Shown here: positions 44,710 to 54,476 of the stretch, in pieces
Position numbering within the stretch: the stretch's first letter is position 1
How the letters are laid out: each line of letters opens with the position of its first letter
Origin: a virus
Lineage: Duplodnaviria > Caudoviricetes
Length of the DNA stretch: 64,000 bases
Direction: 5' to 3' (one strand)
Virus record (IMG/VR): IMGVR_UViG_3300021426_000001
Made by a program: the position numbers and the translations under genes
Notes under the pieces: model-generated
What the model was told of the DNA's origin: nothing
What the model saw: the letters and a program-made list of their open reading frames with translations, nothing else
The model's database searches: none

Positions 44710-47047
44710 TCTGACTCTCCGGATCGTAAGGCGTCTGTGATGCTGCCATATCCTTGAACTCTGTGTATGATAGCGGCTTGCAGTAGTTCTTCACTAGACG
44801 AGAGAATGCGAAGCCGTAGCCGATCGTTCCAGCGGATGCTAGAATGTTTGTGTTGAACTTGCTCATCTGGACTGCGTTCTCCCTAGTGTTCTTGCACTTT
44901 ACGAAGACCCTGTCGCCCTCTAGGATGATTCCAGACGCCTCTAGATCAACTTCTATCATCTGTGTCTCGCCACTGAGGAAAGCGATCTTTAGCGGGACGC
45001 TGTCGTAAGTCTTCAACATGTCAGCGTAGCGAGAGAAGTAGAAGCCGCAGTTCTCTGGAATCGGCCACTCTTTAGTAGAATCTGAGTCGTGACCGACTAT
45101 CGTCTTTGACGGGTACATAGGGAGCGGAAGATATAGCTCACCGCACGTAGCTACCATCGGTTCTGGTCTGTAGCTGCTATTTCCCCAGTCGCACTCGAAG
45201 TAGATCTTCTCGTCTTTTACGTCTTTCTCCTCGCGTGAGAGGTCTATGTGAGTGAGCTTGATCTCGCCTCCGCCATCAACGTCGTCAACGATGTTCACTT
45301 CCGAGAGAACTCTGTTCACTGGAAGAATAGACTTGACTGCTACCATAGCGAAGTCAGAAAGTTCGCGTATGTCACGGTTCGAGTATCTGTCAGCGTTGAG
45401 GATCAGGGCCAAGTGAGCGGTTAGACGGTAGTCTGGCTTCGCTTTGTCCTCATAGACCATCTGTCCATCAGGTCCCTCCCAAAGCGGCTCTATTTCCGCG
45501 TCTATGCCCAAAACGCGATATAGCAGCTCAAATGATCTCTTCGTTCCCTTCCAGCGGTCGATGTACGGAAGTATCATGAAGTATCTGCGATAGATCGACT
45601 CAACGAGGTCACGAGTGTTCATGTTATTGTTCTGAGCGTACTTCTGAATAACCTTAGCTGCCCTCTCTACCTGCTCGTAAGTGAAAGCGAGCTCGGATCC
45701 GTGTTCTTCTGCGAATCTCGGCAAAAGCTCCATCTCGCACTCGTCTGGATTCTTGAACTGAGAGATTCTGTGAATCTTCTCAAGGATTCCGATACGGCAG
45801 TCTCCAGACATCGGCGTGTACATCGTGTTCAGCTCACGTTCGAGCAGCTTGCACAGACCGTAGATCTCTTCGTTCTTCAGGACGCTAGGGATGAACGGAT
45901 CTACGTTCAGCTTTCTCTTGTTGCTGTCGCACTCGACTATGAATCTTCCGAGTTCTCCCTCTGTGTAAGTGAGTGATCTGATCTCAGTAGCGAGGTCAGG
46001 ATCCATCATCACTACGATCTCCTCCTTATCGGATAGATAGCATTTTACCTCTCCAAGTGTGCCATCAAGATATGCGTAAGCCTTCACGTAGCCAGAGCTG
46101 TCGATTCCGTCAACTTGCTGCGTATAGACTCTTTCGTCTGGACCATCAGTATCACCTGAGAGATAGCCGACAGAGCCGTCTAGGAGTCCGATTTTCGCCT
46201 TGAATCCGTATTCAGCGAGTGTCTCGTTCGGATCATAGACGCTGATGGTTGTCTTGCCTATCGTGTCCCTGTCTACGAAGAGGTTGGCTGGATTAGTGTC
46301 AACGAAGTCTAGCTTGAGACGCTGAACGTCTTCGAGCATCTCATCCTTAGTCGCCTTGTAGAGGGTGAATGCACGCTCAAGCTCCTCATCGAGCTCATTT
46401 CCCGCGATGTCGTAGAACTTGTACCCCAAGACGATGTAGTCGAACTGATCAGTGCAGCTCAGTAGGACTTCTTTCACCTCATCATAAGTCGGATCGATCT
46501 CGATCGTAACCCTGAACATCGTAGAGTCAACGCTTGACTGCTCGAACTCTACAGAGACTCCAGACATGACGGTATGCTCGCCAGTCTTTCTGCTAAGCTT
46601 TGCGATAGTGTGACCGTTGGCAGTAATCTCATAGGCGCCGTTGTCGATTCCAGAGTCGTCTTGGAGAATCATCTCCAGCTGCCATGTTCCACGGGTCTCG
46701 TAGTCATAATTTCCGTGTCTGCCCGAGTGTCCGTGTTCCTCAGTACGGAAGGAAGTGAATACTCCAGTGTAAGATCGCAGAACTGGCTTTGTGTAGTCGA
46801 TGACGACATTCTTCTGCGTAGAGATTAGCTTCTGATCTCCGACTACGTTTCCGTCGAAGTAGATAGTGCCTGGAAGATCCTTTGCTAGAGGCGCCAAGTC
46901 GTTCTGATACGGCTGTCTTCTGTACGCATCGGTCGGACCGTCGCGATGATTCTCGCTGCCGAACAGCCAAGTCACTCTGTCAGGATTTATAGCGTCAAAG
47001 AGACGTAGAGAATCAGCCCCAAATTCTTTAAACACTTCGATCTTCAT
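44702..47047 (-). CDS. baseplate wedge protein (gp7/P2 gpI-like)
   Basis: PD.CE..LLP.FA, RWKGTKRSF.LLYR.LG, ILPVN; late promoter 47055-47062. Confidence 0.6.
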   Translation of the reverse strand: MKIEVFKEFGADSLRLFDAINPDRVTWLFGSENHRDGPTDAYRRQPYQNDLAPLAKDLPGTIYFDGNVVGDQKLISTQKNVVIDYTKPVLRSYTGVFTSFRTEEHGHSGRHGNYDYETRGTWQLEMILQDDSGIDNGAYEITANGHTIAKLSRKTGEHTVMSGVSVEFEQSSVDSTMFRVTIEIDPTYDEVKEVLLSCTDQFDYIVLGYKFYDIAGNELDEELERAFTLYKATKDEMLEDVQRLKLDFVDTNPANLFVDRDTIGKTTISVYDPNETLAEYGFKAKIGLLDGSVGYLSGDTDGPDERVYTQQVDGIDSSGYVKAYAYLDGTLGEVKCYLSDKEEIVVMMDPDLATEIRSLTYTEGELGRFIVECDSNKRKLNVDPFIPSVLKNEEIYGLCKLLERELNTMYTPMSGDCRIGILEKIHRISQFKNPDECEMELLPRFAEEHGSELAFTYEQVERAAKVIQKYAQNNNMNTRDLVESIYRRYFMILPYIDRWKGTKRSFELLYRVLGIDAEIEPLWEGPDGQMVYEDKAKPDYRLTAHLALILNADRYSNRDIRELSDFAMVAVKSILPVNRVLSEVNIVDDVDGGGEIKLTHIDLSREEKDVKDEKIYFECDWGNSSYRPEPMVATCGELYLPLPMYPSKTIVGHDSDSTKEWPIPENCGFYFSRYADMLKTYDSVPLKIAFLSGETQMIEVDLEASGIILEGDRVFVKCKNTRENAVQMSKFNTNILASAGTIGYGFAFSRLVKNYCKPLSYTEFKDMAASQTPYDPESQNG

Positions 47048-47054
47048 ATCAAAG

Positions 47055-47062
47055 TATTTATA
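47055..47062 (-). promoter_or_regulatory. late promoter
   Basis: TATAAATA 7 nt from ATG 47047. Confidence 0.75.
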
Positions 47063-47149
47063 GTCTACGCGAAAGGCGCCCGCGAAGAGCGCCATTCCTA
47101 ACATTTTTCTAGATCCTAACGATTGGAAATGTTAGCTTTCAGAAAAATG

Positions 47150-48124
47150 TTAACATTCATTCATGCCGTCGATGTAGAGCGAGCAGTCTGGCTGATAGTA
47201 GAAGATCTCGCTTCCCTCAGCTGCTACGTGAGCCTGGTTGCCGAGACAGCAGACCCAAGCCTTCTGTGGAAGATAGATCTCGTGCCACTTCCCGTCTTCT
47301 GTCAGCATGTGTCCGACCTCTCTTCCAGCGTCGAACATCTCGTGGTCTGGGTTTGTCACTTCGCAGATGTACTCGATGAATCCGTAAGGTCCGTGCCATG
47401 TGAACGCCTGCATCTTTGCTATTGGCGGGAACATCTGATCTACCTGTTTGAAGATGCTTAGATCCTCTACCTTAGATAGCGATACGATTAGCTTGACGAG
47501 GAAGTCTACCTGTGAGCCCTGAATGTCGCCCTCCAACATGCAGTCTCCCATGCCTCCGAGCTCGACCGTGAATCCGACATTACCCTGCTTGATAGTTCTC
47601 GACTTTAGAGTTCCCTGAGGACCGTCGCGAAGAATGTATGCGATCCTGTTCTCGATACACCACTTCACGTAAGCCTTCGCGTACGGACCGTTGTCGATCA
47701 GGACGCAGTTGTGGATAGATGGAGAATTATGGACATCAAGGACGATGTCCATTTCGTTCGCAAGGCACATCACCTTGCTTCTAGCGAGATCCATGTCGTC
47801 GACTTTTTCCTCAGTAGGGAATGCGCGATTGAGATTTCTGTCTTCTGGGAGAGCTGAAGGATCCTTGAAGTCTGTATATTCTCTCGTGCCAGCAACGAGT
47901 CCAGGAGCGTTTGCGCCCATGTATAGATCAAGTGAACCGTTGATTAGATTCTCGTTCTTGATGCGAGAGTACGCTTCGTAAGATGCGAGAACTGCTAGCT
48001 GCTCGTCTCCGTGAACACCAGAAACCATGAGGATGTTGTAGCCCTCATAGTTCTTGTAATTGAACGAAAACGGTCTCGGAGTCTTTGACTCCAGCAAGTA
48101 GTCATAAGTTGTTGGGATTGCCAT
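47150..48124 (-). CDS. M14 metallopeptidase, succinylglutamate desuccinylase/aspartoacylase family
   Basis: GVHGDE, NLNRAFP, LDVH, TVELGG. Confidence 0.88.
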   Translation of the reverse strand: MAIPTTYDYLLESKTPRPFSFNYKNYEGYNILMVSGVHGDEQLAVLASYEAYSRIKNENLINGSLDLYMGANAPGLVAGTREYTDFKDPSALPEDRNLNRAFPTEEKVDDMDLARSKVMCLANEMDIVLDVHNSPSIHNCVLIDNGPYAKAYVKWCIENRIAYILRDGPQGTLKSRTIKQGNVGFTVELGGMGDCMLEGDIQGSQVDFLVKLIVSLSKVEDLSIFKQVDQMFPPIAKMQAFTWHGPYGFIEYICEVTNPDHEMFDAGREVGHMLTEDGKWHEIYLPQKAWVCCLGNQAHVAAEGSEIFYYQPDCSLYIDGMNEC

Positions 48125-48159
48125 TGGTATACCTCAGTTAGAATATACCAAATTTATAG

Positions 48160-48630
48160 CTACTGCAGCTTTCGCTTGTCTGCCCTGTAGAATCCGTCAT
48201 GAAGAAGACGATGAATCACGCCCTTTGCGATGATCGGCGTGCAGCCACGATCCACCATGTAGTCATAGAGTTCTCTGGCTCTGTCAGTGTCCTCGTCCAC
48301 GAACACGTCCACAAACACTTTCTTAGTGCCCAGAATGCGCACAGCAGCAGTGAGCGTGCAAGCCTCATCGACGTTGGAGGTCGGAATCATCTGAACTCCA
48401 GCGATGTAGAGCAGCTTGTGAGCCATCACGTGCTCACGAACAGTGAGAAACACCTTGTTCCACGGACGGCCAGCTAGCTCGTGGTCGTCGATCATGTACT
48501 TTGGGATGATGTGATGCTCTTCTCGGTATTTGATCTTCTTGTACTCAGGCTTGGCGCGGGCGATTCCCTTGCGGATCAGTTCCCAGTACCAGTGGAGAGC
48601 TTGCCGTTTCCGGAATTTGGAATATTCCAT
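48160..48630 (-). CDS. HNH homing-endonuclease-like protein
   Basis: EEHHIIPK, N.VFLT.REH..AH.LL. Confidence 0.8.
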   Translation of the reverse strand: MEYSKFRKRQALHWYWELIRKGIARAKPEYKKIKYREEHHIIPKYMIDDHELAGRPWNKVFLTVREHVMAHKLLYIAGVQMIPTSNVDEACTLTAAVRILGTKKVFVDVFVDEDTDRARELYDYMVDRGCTPIIAKGVIHRLLHDGFYRADKRKLQ

Positions 48631-48941
48631 CAGTTGTCGTAGCCCTCCTTCCTTGCCAAGTAAGCGAAGTGAGTCTTAGTGCAGCGGTCCCAGTCATTGA
48701 TGAACTCGAGCATCATTTCAACCATCTTGCGAACGACGGCGTCCGCGTTAGCAGACCAGCCCTTCGCGTAGCACATCTCTTTGTCGACATCGACATCGAT
48801 GAGCTTGAGAGCAGTGGAGGTCTTGACCATCTTGACCTTGATCGGACAGACATCGCCCTTGTTCAGGAGGAATTGTTCGCCGTTCTTGAGGTTCTTGATC
48901 TTGTTGCACATGCGGATGATTTGGCTTTCGGTGTAGTTCAT
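48630..48941 (-). CDS. hypothetical early protein
   Basis: AGGA RBS; promoter 48969-48997. Confidence 0.7.
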   Translation of the reverse strand: MNYTESQIIRMCNKIKNLKNGEQFLLNKGDVCPIKVKMVKTSTALKLIDVDVDKEMCYAKGWSANADAVVRKMVEMMLEFINDWDRCTKTHFAYLARKEGYDN

Positions 48942-48968
48942 AGCTAGGTCCTTTTCTTTTACATAGTC

Positions 48969-48997
48969 AATATAGGTATTTCAGTCCTCTTTGTAAA
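48969..48997 (-). promoter_or_regulatory. early promoter
   Basis: TTTACA-N17-TATATT. Confidence 0.8.
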
Positions 48998-49016
48998 CCC
49001 ATAAGTTTGGATTTTC

Positions 49017-49024
49017 TATAAATA
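49017..49024 (+). promoter_or_regulatory. late promoter
   Basis: TATAAATA upstream of gp26-like gene. Confidence 0.75.
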
Positions 49025-49049
49025 TTTTAGCAACTCGAAGGAGAGTATC

Positions 49050-49802
49050 ATGCACTCAATCCGTGATGAACAAAAACCAACTCAGAAAGGTCCAAAGCTA
49101 ATTCCAATCGACAAGAATCTTCTGCCGTCAAGAGGCCGATACTACAAGTCCGACCTCTTCTGCAGGAAGCTCACAGCCATCGAGACGAAAGATCTCTCGA
49201 AGCTCAAGACGAACACTGTCAACAGTGTCTTCAATCAGGTTCTCAGCGGCGCAATCAGCGGCATCGATGTAGAAGACATCATGCTGAACGACAGACTCTG
49301 GCTCATCTACTATCTCAGATCGATCACTTACGACGACATTCCGTTCAAGGTGTTCGGCACTTGTCCGATCTGCGGCGATTCAGGGTGGTTCGAGTACAAG
49401 CTCAAGGATCTGGACGTGACATACGCAAACGAAGATCTAGAGCGTGACCTCGAATTGACGAACGGCGACAAAGTGACTCTGTCTTTCCCGACCATCGGAG
49501 ACGAGCTAGAGATCGCTAGAACGAAGGCAGACCCGAACCTGATGGAGAACATTGACGTAGACGTGATGACTGTCGCATCTCACATCAGATCGATCAACGG
49601 CGAGCCAGTGTCAATCTACGAAGCTTACGTGTACTTCTCTCGTGGAAATGGATCCGCGAAGGACTACAGCCGTCTGCTCACTCATCTTCGCAAATACGCC
49701 TTTGGCGCAAGTCCAAAGGGCGCATTCAAGTGCAGAAAGTGTAAGCAGAATCTTCTAATCGACATTCCGCTCGGAAGTGATTTCTTCCTTCCAGAGATCT
49801 AG
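49050..49802 (+). CDS. gp26: baseplate hub assembly protein (gp26-like)
   Basis: LPSRG..Y, D...L...LRSITY, CPIC, FPT..D, C..C, FF.P. Confidence 0.75.
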   Translation: MHSIRDEQKPTQKGPKLIPIDKNLLPSRGRYYKSDLFCRKLTAIETKDLSKLKTNTVNSVFNQVLSGAISGIDVEDIMLNDRLWLIYYLRSITYDDIPFKVFGTCPICGDSGWFEYKLKDLDVTYANEDLERDLELTNGDKVTLSFPTIGDELEIARTKADPNLMENIDVDVMTVASHIRSINGEPVSIYEAYVYFSRGNGSAKDYSRLLTHLRKYAFGASPKGAFKCRKCKQNLLIDIPLGSDFFLPEI

Positions 49803-50458
49803 CGTCGACCAGCAGTGCTTACAGCTTGTCTCAGAGGCTCGAGGACATAAGATCCGTCGGGCCTCTTTCTCTGAATGGAGATTCCGAACTGCTCGTATTC
49901 GAAAGTCGTAGAGAACGTTACAACGTCTGCTACGCCGAACTCAAGATGAAGTGATCCGAGTCCAGTGAGGAAGCAGCGGTAGAACGACATGACGGCAGTC
50001 GGCATCTTTCCGGTGTTGTCTAGCGCATAGACGTCGAGACGGTCAATGCAGTTGTCCCTAAGGAGTCCAGGCTTTCCAGGCTCACGTTGTCTCGCTGGAA
50101 TTCCGTATAGCGTTCCGTTGGCCCACGAGTCGAAGAGGAAGAAGTTGAGGAAGTTCTCGTCAAGGATCCACTCGACCGTCATTGTGTTCTTGTCTCTAGC
50201 GCCGACTGGATTCGGGTGCTTCTGCTCCTCATGCTGCCAGTTGGACTTTAGCATCGGAATGTTCTTGTTCGGGACTTCCAAGTTCTTCACGTTCGCGTTG
50301 AACACGTTCAGATTGACTTCGCTGTCTGGAATGTTGCTAAGGTTCGGGAAGTTGCTGATGTTCAGCTGGAATTTGTTCTTGGTGAAGCTGTTGGTCTCGC
50401 CCTTGTTGAAGGTCTCAGCCATCACGTCGCCCTGAGTCGTTCTGTCATTCTCAATCAT
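49799..50458 (-). CDS. tail tube terminator / tube-fold protein (gp3-like)
   Basis: ILDENF.N, F..CF.T.LG.L.L, FSTTFEY. Confidence 0.65.
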   Translation of the reverse strand: MIENDRTTQGDVMAETFNKGETNSFTKNKFQLNISNFPNLSNIPDSEVNLNVFNANVKNLEVPNKNIPMLKSNWQHEEQKHPNPVGARDKNTMTVEWILDENFLNFFLFDSWANGTLYGIPARQREPGKPGLLRDNCIDRLDVYALDNTGKMPTAVMSFYRCFLTGLGSLHLEFGVADVVTFSTTFEYEQFGISIQRKRPDGSYVLEPLRQAVSTAGRR

Positions 50459-51173
50459 ATTTCATGCTCCCGTATATGTAGCCCTCTGCTATTCCGGGCT
50501 CTGGATTTCCCTGTATCTTCATTGATCCCTGATAGTGTCTCCACAGGAATCCGTTGCGTGTAGCTGCCTCTTTGACAGCTTTTCCGAGATGGTCGTATAG
50601 AGTTATCGGATCAGTCAGCTTCAGAGCGTCTATCTTCTCGAAGAACTTATTTCCAGCAGCCTTCCAGTCATCAAGGACTTTCTTCGGCGTCAGGACGTTT
50701 CCCCTCGATAGATAGAAGCTGCCGTTAGCGAACATCGTCTTGAACTCGTATGGGAACGGAGTCGAAGCTTGATCTGGAGCTTCTTCATCAGGAGCTGGTA
50801 TAAGCGGCGCAATCGTCAGTATGCAGCGCGTAAATCCTAGCCCTATGAGATAGAACAGCTGCTCCCAGAAAGCGCCAACAGCTGCCTGCGAGAGCTTCGC
50901 ACAAGCGTCATACTCTTCAGGAAGGACAGTGCCTGGCACAAATGTAACGATGGCTCCGCATCTAGCGCCCGTGTTCGGAGGAACGAGATATGGGGCTGGA
51001 GCAGCTGGAGGGAACTCTAGAGTCCCGCTGAATCCGAACTGCTTTCGTCCCAGGTTGCTCGTGAGTGTGCCCAAGATGTACTGATTGACAGCCCATACCA
51101 TCTTGAGCCTCGTGAACTCGTACTCTGGCTTTGGATCCGCGAACGCCGTCTTGAACAGTGTGCCGAAGTCCAT
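50451..51173 (-). CDS. hypothetical protein, probably virion
   Basis: Coupled ORF in late operon. Confidence 0.6.
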   Translation of the reverse strand: MDFGTLFKTAFADPKPEYEFTRLKMVWAVNQYILGTLTSNLGRKQFGFSGTLEFPPAAPAPYLVPPNTGARCGAIVTFVPGTVLPEEYDACAKLSQAAVGAFWEQLFYLIGLGFTRCILTIAPLIPAPDEEAPDQASTPFPYEFKTMFANGSFYLSRGNVLTPKKVLDDWKAAGNKFFEKIDALKLTDPITLYDHLGKAVKEAATRNGFLWRHYQGSMKIQGNPEPGIAEGYIYGSMKYD

Positions 51174-51683
51174 TTACTCTTCCTGTGTCACCTTGATCTT
51201 TCTGGTGTTGACCTTGCGCTTAGCGATGTTGATGCTGAGAAGTCCGTTCTTGACGCTTGACTTGAGGGTGTCGAGATCGTAGACCTTCGGATCGATGAGC
51301 GTGCCGTATTCAAGAGTCTCTGGATTAGCTACCTTGACGATCAGCTTTCTCTCCTTCGGATTGAAGATGTCTGGATTGATCTTCACCTTGAGATAGCCCT
51401 GATCAGAGAGTTCGATGTCCACGTCTTCGCTAGTCTTGCCCGGAATCTGAATCTCGTAAGTCTTGCTTCCGTCTTTCTCTTCCCAGATCGTTGCACCCTC
51501 GCATGCAGACGGAATGCACTCGCTGAGAGGCTTAGCTTCTGGGATCTGTTGATGATTGAGATCCATCTTCGCTTGCTGCTGCTCGTTGTCGTAGTCCATC
51601 GCGGTCTTAGTCGGAAGGCGGTTGAGCGCACTCTCGAGCTGATCTGCCAAGCCGTTCATTCCGTATGCTGTCTTCTGTTCCAT
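51174..51683 (-). CDS. small heat-shock protein (Hsp20/alpha-crystallin)
   Basis: IPG...EDVDIEL, S.KNGLLSI.I.K, RKIKV. Confidence 0.85.
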   Translation of the reverse strand: MEQKTAYGMNGLADQLESALNRLPTKTAMDYDNEQQQAKMDLNHQQIPEAKPLSECIPSACEGATIWEEKDGSKTYEIQIPGKTSEDVDIELSDQGYLKVKINPDIFNPKERKLIVKVANPETLEYGTLIDPKVYDLDTLKSSVKNGLLSINIAKRKVNTRKIKVTQEE

Positions 51684-51706
51684 AGTTCATTCTCCATTAG
51701 TTAAAC

Positions 51707-51735
51707 AAAAAAAGAAGCGCCCGTGAGAGCGCTTC
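51707..51735 (-). terminator. intrinsic terminator
   Basis: GAAGCGCTC TCAC GGGCGCTTC followed by T7. Confidence 0.8.
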
Positions 51736-51753
51736 GTCCTCTCGTTCGTAAGA

Positions 51754-51761
51754 TATTTATA
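51754..51761 (-). promoter_or_regulatory. late promoter
   Basis: TATAAATA. Confidence 0.6.
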
Positions 51762-51793
51762 CGAAGAGAGCATGGCAACAAAGCCTAAGAGGC

Positions 51794-52024
51794 CTAGGTG
51801 TATTCTGAGGTTCTTCCGCCGCAGAGCTCATAGTTCGGAGTGACTCCGAAATGGTCTTTGAGCAGCTGGCCAGCAGCAGAGCAGAAGATGAACTTGCGAA
51901 GCTTGAAGCCCCAGTAGTGGAGCGACTGGAGTTCGTGGCGTTCCATCCCCTGGATCGTTTCACGGGCTTCGCGGTATGACTTCTGTTCTACGATAGACTT
52001 GATCATCTGATCGGTCATACCCAC
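51794..52024 (-). CDS. hypothetical protein
   Basis: ORF with GGAGG RBS. Confidence 0.6.
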   Translation of the reverse strand: MGMTDQMIKSIVEQKSYREARETIQGMERHELQSLHYWGFKLRKFIFCSAAGQLLKDHFGVTPNYELCGGRTSEYT

Positions 52025-52030
52025 CTCCCC

Positions 52031-52504
52031 TTAGTCTCGCGGACGGATGTTGTCCGGATAGAAGTAGGAGATGCGAATGTCTTCCATTCGGCAGTAGAAT
52101 CGAGTGAGCCAGTAGTAGAGCTCAGATTCCGGAACCCACTTGAACTTGACATACTTCGGGATCTTCATGTTGCTGCCCTTGTCGTAGCGAGTGAGCTCGC
52201 AGACGGCCATGCTGGCAGGGAATTCATGATCCACTACCACTTCGGTGCGGTAGTTGACCTTGTCGTCATCGAGAATCTGCTTGTATTCAAGCTTGTTCTT
52301 CGCGACTGAGTCGATGTCCAGTCCACCGGTGAGACCGGCGAAGAGTTCCTTCACGGCAGAGATCGGGTCGTTGCCCGTCATGAGGTCGTTCGGGAGGGTC
52401 CAAGAGTTGTGACCATCAGTCTTAGTGGTGGTCGGGAGAGCAATGAGCACTTTGCCATTGCAGGAGATCTTGAGGTTATAACGTGCGATTGCCATCGTTA
52501 TCAT
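52031..52504 (-). CDS. degenerate Nudix-fold protein
   Basis: VLI, WTLP....DPISA..ELF..LTG, FKWVP..EL. Confidence 0.45.
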   Translation of the reverse strand: MITMAIARYNLKISCNGKVLIALPTTTKTDGHNSWTLPNDLMTGNDPISAVKELFAGLTGGLDIDSVAKNKLEYKQILDDDKVNYRTEVVVDHEFPASMAVCELTRYDKGSNMKIPKYVKFKWVPESELYYWLTRFYCRMEDIRISYFYPDNIRPRD

Positions 52505-52572
52505 TCCTTAAGTTGCGAACCAAGAAGAAGCGCCAAGTGAAGTTAGGCGCCTCCTCGCAGTTCTGGTGAGAG

Positions 52573-53088
52573 TTAGATGATGGTCTTTCCATCGACCTTC
52601 ATCGAGATGATGTTGTCGATGTCGATGGAGACCGGTACCAAGCCGTTGGCTTCTTCGTTGAGATGACGAGCGGGCTTGAGGTACTGAGCGAAGGATTCTT
52701 TGTCATCCCACTTCTTGCCATCGAGGAGGAAGTGAGAGCGGGACTTGTGATCCTTGTCCGTGTAGATGCGGAGGCAGATCTTACCCGTTTCAGAGTTCTG
52801 GGCGAGGATTCCTTCATATCCCTCTACCCAGTGGTAATTGCTGTTGCGTTCGCGTTTGACTTCCTTCTCGTGACCAGCGTTCTTGGCGTAGAGTTCCTTG
52901 AAGTCGTAACCGTTACCGGCGTAAGAGTCGAACTCGGTGATCTTGACCATCTTGTCAAGATCGAGACCCTCATTGAGGAGAGCTTCCTTGGTGCAAGCGG
53001 ATTTGCGGAACGGATGACCAGCCTTAGCAGTGGTGATCTGGATGTTGTGGCGGCCAAAGAGAGCGGAGAAGAGTTCGTTGTTGATCAT
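52573..53088 (-). CDS. hypothetical early protein
   Basis: ORF after promoter 53131-53159. Confidence 0.75.
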   Translation of the reverse strand: MINNELFSALFGRHNIQITTAKAGHPFRKSACTKEALLNEGLDLDKMVKITEFDSYAGNGYDFKELYAKNAGHEKEVKRERNSNYHWVEGYEGILAQNSETGKICLRIYTDKDHKSRSHFLLDGKKWDDKESFAQYLKPARHLNEEANGLVPVSIDIDNIISMKVDGKTII

Positions 53089-53130
53089 TTTTGATGTCCC
53101 GGTTAGGAGGTTAATTTTGATTACGATTGT

Positions 53131-53159
53131 AATATAGGTATTTTCGCTCCGCTTGTAAA
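53131..53159 (-). promoter_or_regulatory. early promoter
   Basis: TTTACA-N17-TATATT. Confidence 0.8.
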
Positions 53160-53162
53160 CCC

Positions 53163-53660
53163 CTAAATCAAAAATTTTTTCATTTTTTCTGTTTTTTCTT
53201 GTTCTGGCTCAGTTCCGAAGATCTTCGAGCGCAATCTATTTAGTCTGCTACAGAACTCTTGGGTAGTGAGAACCGTCTCGCCCTCCTTGCGCTTTCCGAC
53301 AGAGTGGGTGAAGACAGCGTTGCCTGCAGCCTTTAGCGCCTTGCGGAAGCCCGGATTCTCTCCGAGAGCGTCATAGGCTCGATCTAAGAGCCGCTGATAG
53401 AATACGCTGCGGCGGTCGTAAGACTTGCCCTGCCAGTACAGCTTCTGTCTCTTCTTCCAGTCGTTGCGCTCGCGTCCAGCTCGCTTTGCAGCTATTCCTA
53501 TCAGGGAGCAGATGTGCTTCTGCATTTCTGGATTCTTGCACTTCAAGGATTGCAGAAAGCCCTCCATAGAAGCGCATCTGACCCCATCAAGGTAAAACTC
53601 ATGCGCTGCGAAATTGCTCAGCGCACAGCTCGGATATTCATTCTGACTTCCAATGTCCAT
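53163..53660 (-). CDS. T4 gp30.3-like NADAR-family protein
   Basis: PSCALSNFA..F..DG....EGFLQ..K, LYWQG, TVLT..EF. Confidence 0.85.
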   Translation of the reverse strand: MDIGSQNEYPSCALSNFAAHEFYLDGVRCASMEGFLQSLKCKNPEMQKHICSLIGIAAKRAGRERNDWKKRQKLYWQGKSYDRRSVFYQRLLDRAYDALGENPGFRKALKAAGNAVFTHSVGKRKEGETVLTTQEFCSRLNRLRSKIFGTEPEQEKTEKMKKFLI

Positions 53661-53672
53661 GAGTAGAATATA

Positions 53673-54476
53673 CTATTTCTTGACGTACTCAAGGAACTCA
53701 TCTGTTCCGATCAACTCAGCGCCGAACAGCTTCTCACGGATCAAGTCAGTGAGATCGTAGCACTTGATCGTCTTCATCTTGCCCTTTCCAGGGATCTGGA
53801 AGAGTCTTAACTCTCCGATCTTCAGGTCCGTGTACTTCTCCACGATGTACTTGTACAGGCTAAGCTGAAGGCTGTACTCAGAGACGTTAGTGTTCGGGTA
53901 TGCGCTGAACGGATCCTTCATCATCTGAGATCCGCCGCTGACTGAGAACTGCTTAGAAGTCTTCCAGTCCAGAATGTCTACCGTATCAGTGCGCTTGTTG
54001 TAGGCGACGAAGTCGATCGTTCCTGCGAGTCCTAGAGCTGGATCGTTGACGATGATCTCGTTAGCTATCGGAACATAGACGTTCTTCATCTTGTCGTATA
54101 GCTCCTGACAGATCTTGCTGCGATACTCGAAGTCTTCCCTCATTCCCTGATAGCGGTCGATCTCTTTCCAGTCTGGCTGGTTTTCGTCTCCCTTCCAGAG
54201 GTGCTCCATAACAGCGTGAACCTCGGTTCCGAGACGGCGTGCATAAGCGCCCTTGAACTCCCAGCTGTCTAGAACATCCTTCACGTTCAGTCCGTTTCTC
54301 ATAGCGTAGTCTAGCGCCTTGCGGTTCTTGTCAAACGGAATCGAGTACTTGCCGACGAAGGTAGTGACGGAAGTGTAGCTTGTCTGATTGCTGTCGTAGT
54401 AGATGTGCGGACCAGGGTCTATCCTGATGTCGTTGAACTTCTTCAGCTCACTCTTTGCGAACTCTACAATCTCCAT
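53673..54476 (-). CDS. PD-(D/E)xK exonuclease (Cas4/RecB-like)
   Basis: SVTT, GTEVH, E....AGTID, ILDWKT, Y.LQLSLY. Confidence 0.85.
   Translation of the reverse strand: MEIVEFAKSELKKFNDIRIDPGPHIYYDSNQTSYTSVTTFVGKYSIPFDKNRKALDYAMRNGLNVKDVLDSWEFKGAYARRLGTEVHAVMEHLWKGDENQPDWKEIDRYQGMREDFEYRSKICQELYDKMKNVYVPIANEIIVNDPALGLAGTIDFVAYNKRTDTVDILDWKTSKQFSVSGGSQMMKDPFSAYPNTNVSEYSLQLSLYKYIVEKYTDLKIGELRLFQIPGKGKMKTIKCYDLTDLIREKLFGAELIGTDEFLEYVKK

Noticed and set aside
53371-53577. Nested ORF recalling T4 30.3'
   Set aside because: No RBS or recognisable similarity; likely a chance open frame
53673-54476. Cas4 as part of a CRISPR-Cas locus
   Set aside because: No Fe-S Cys cluster, other cas genes or array; a stand-alone phage exonuclease
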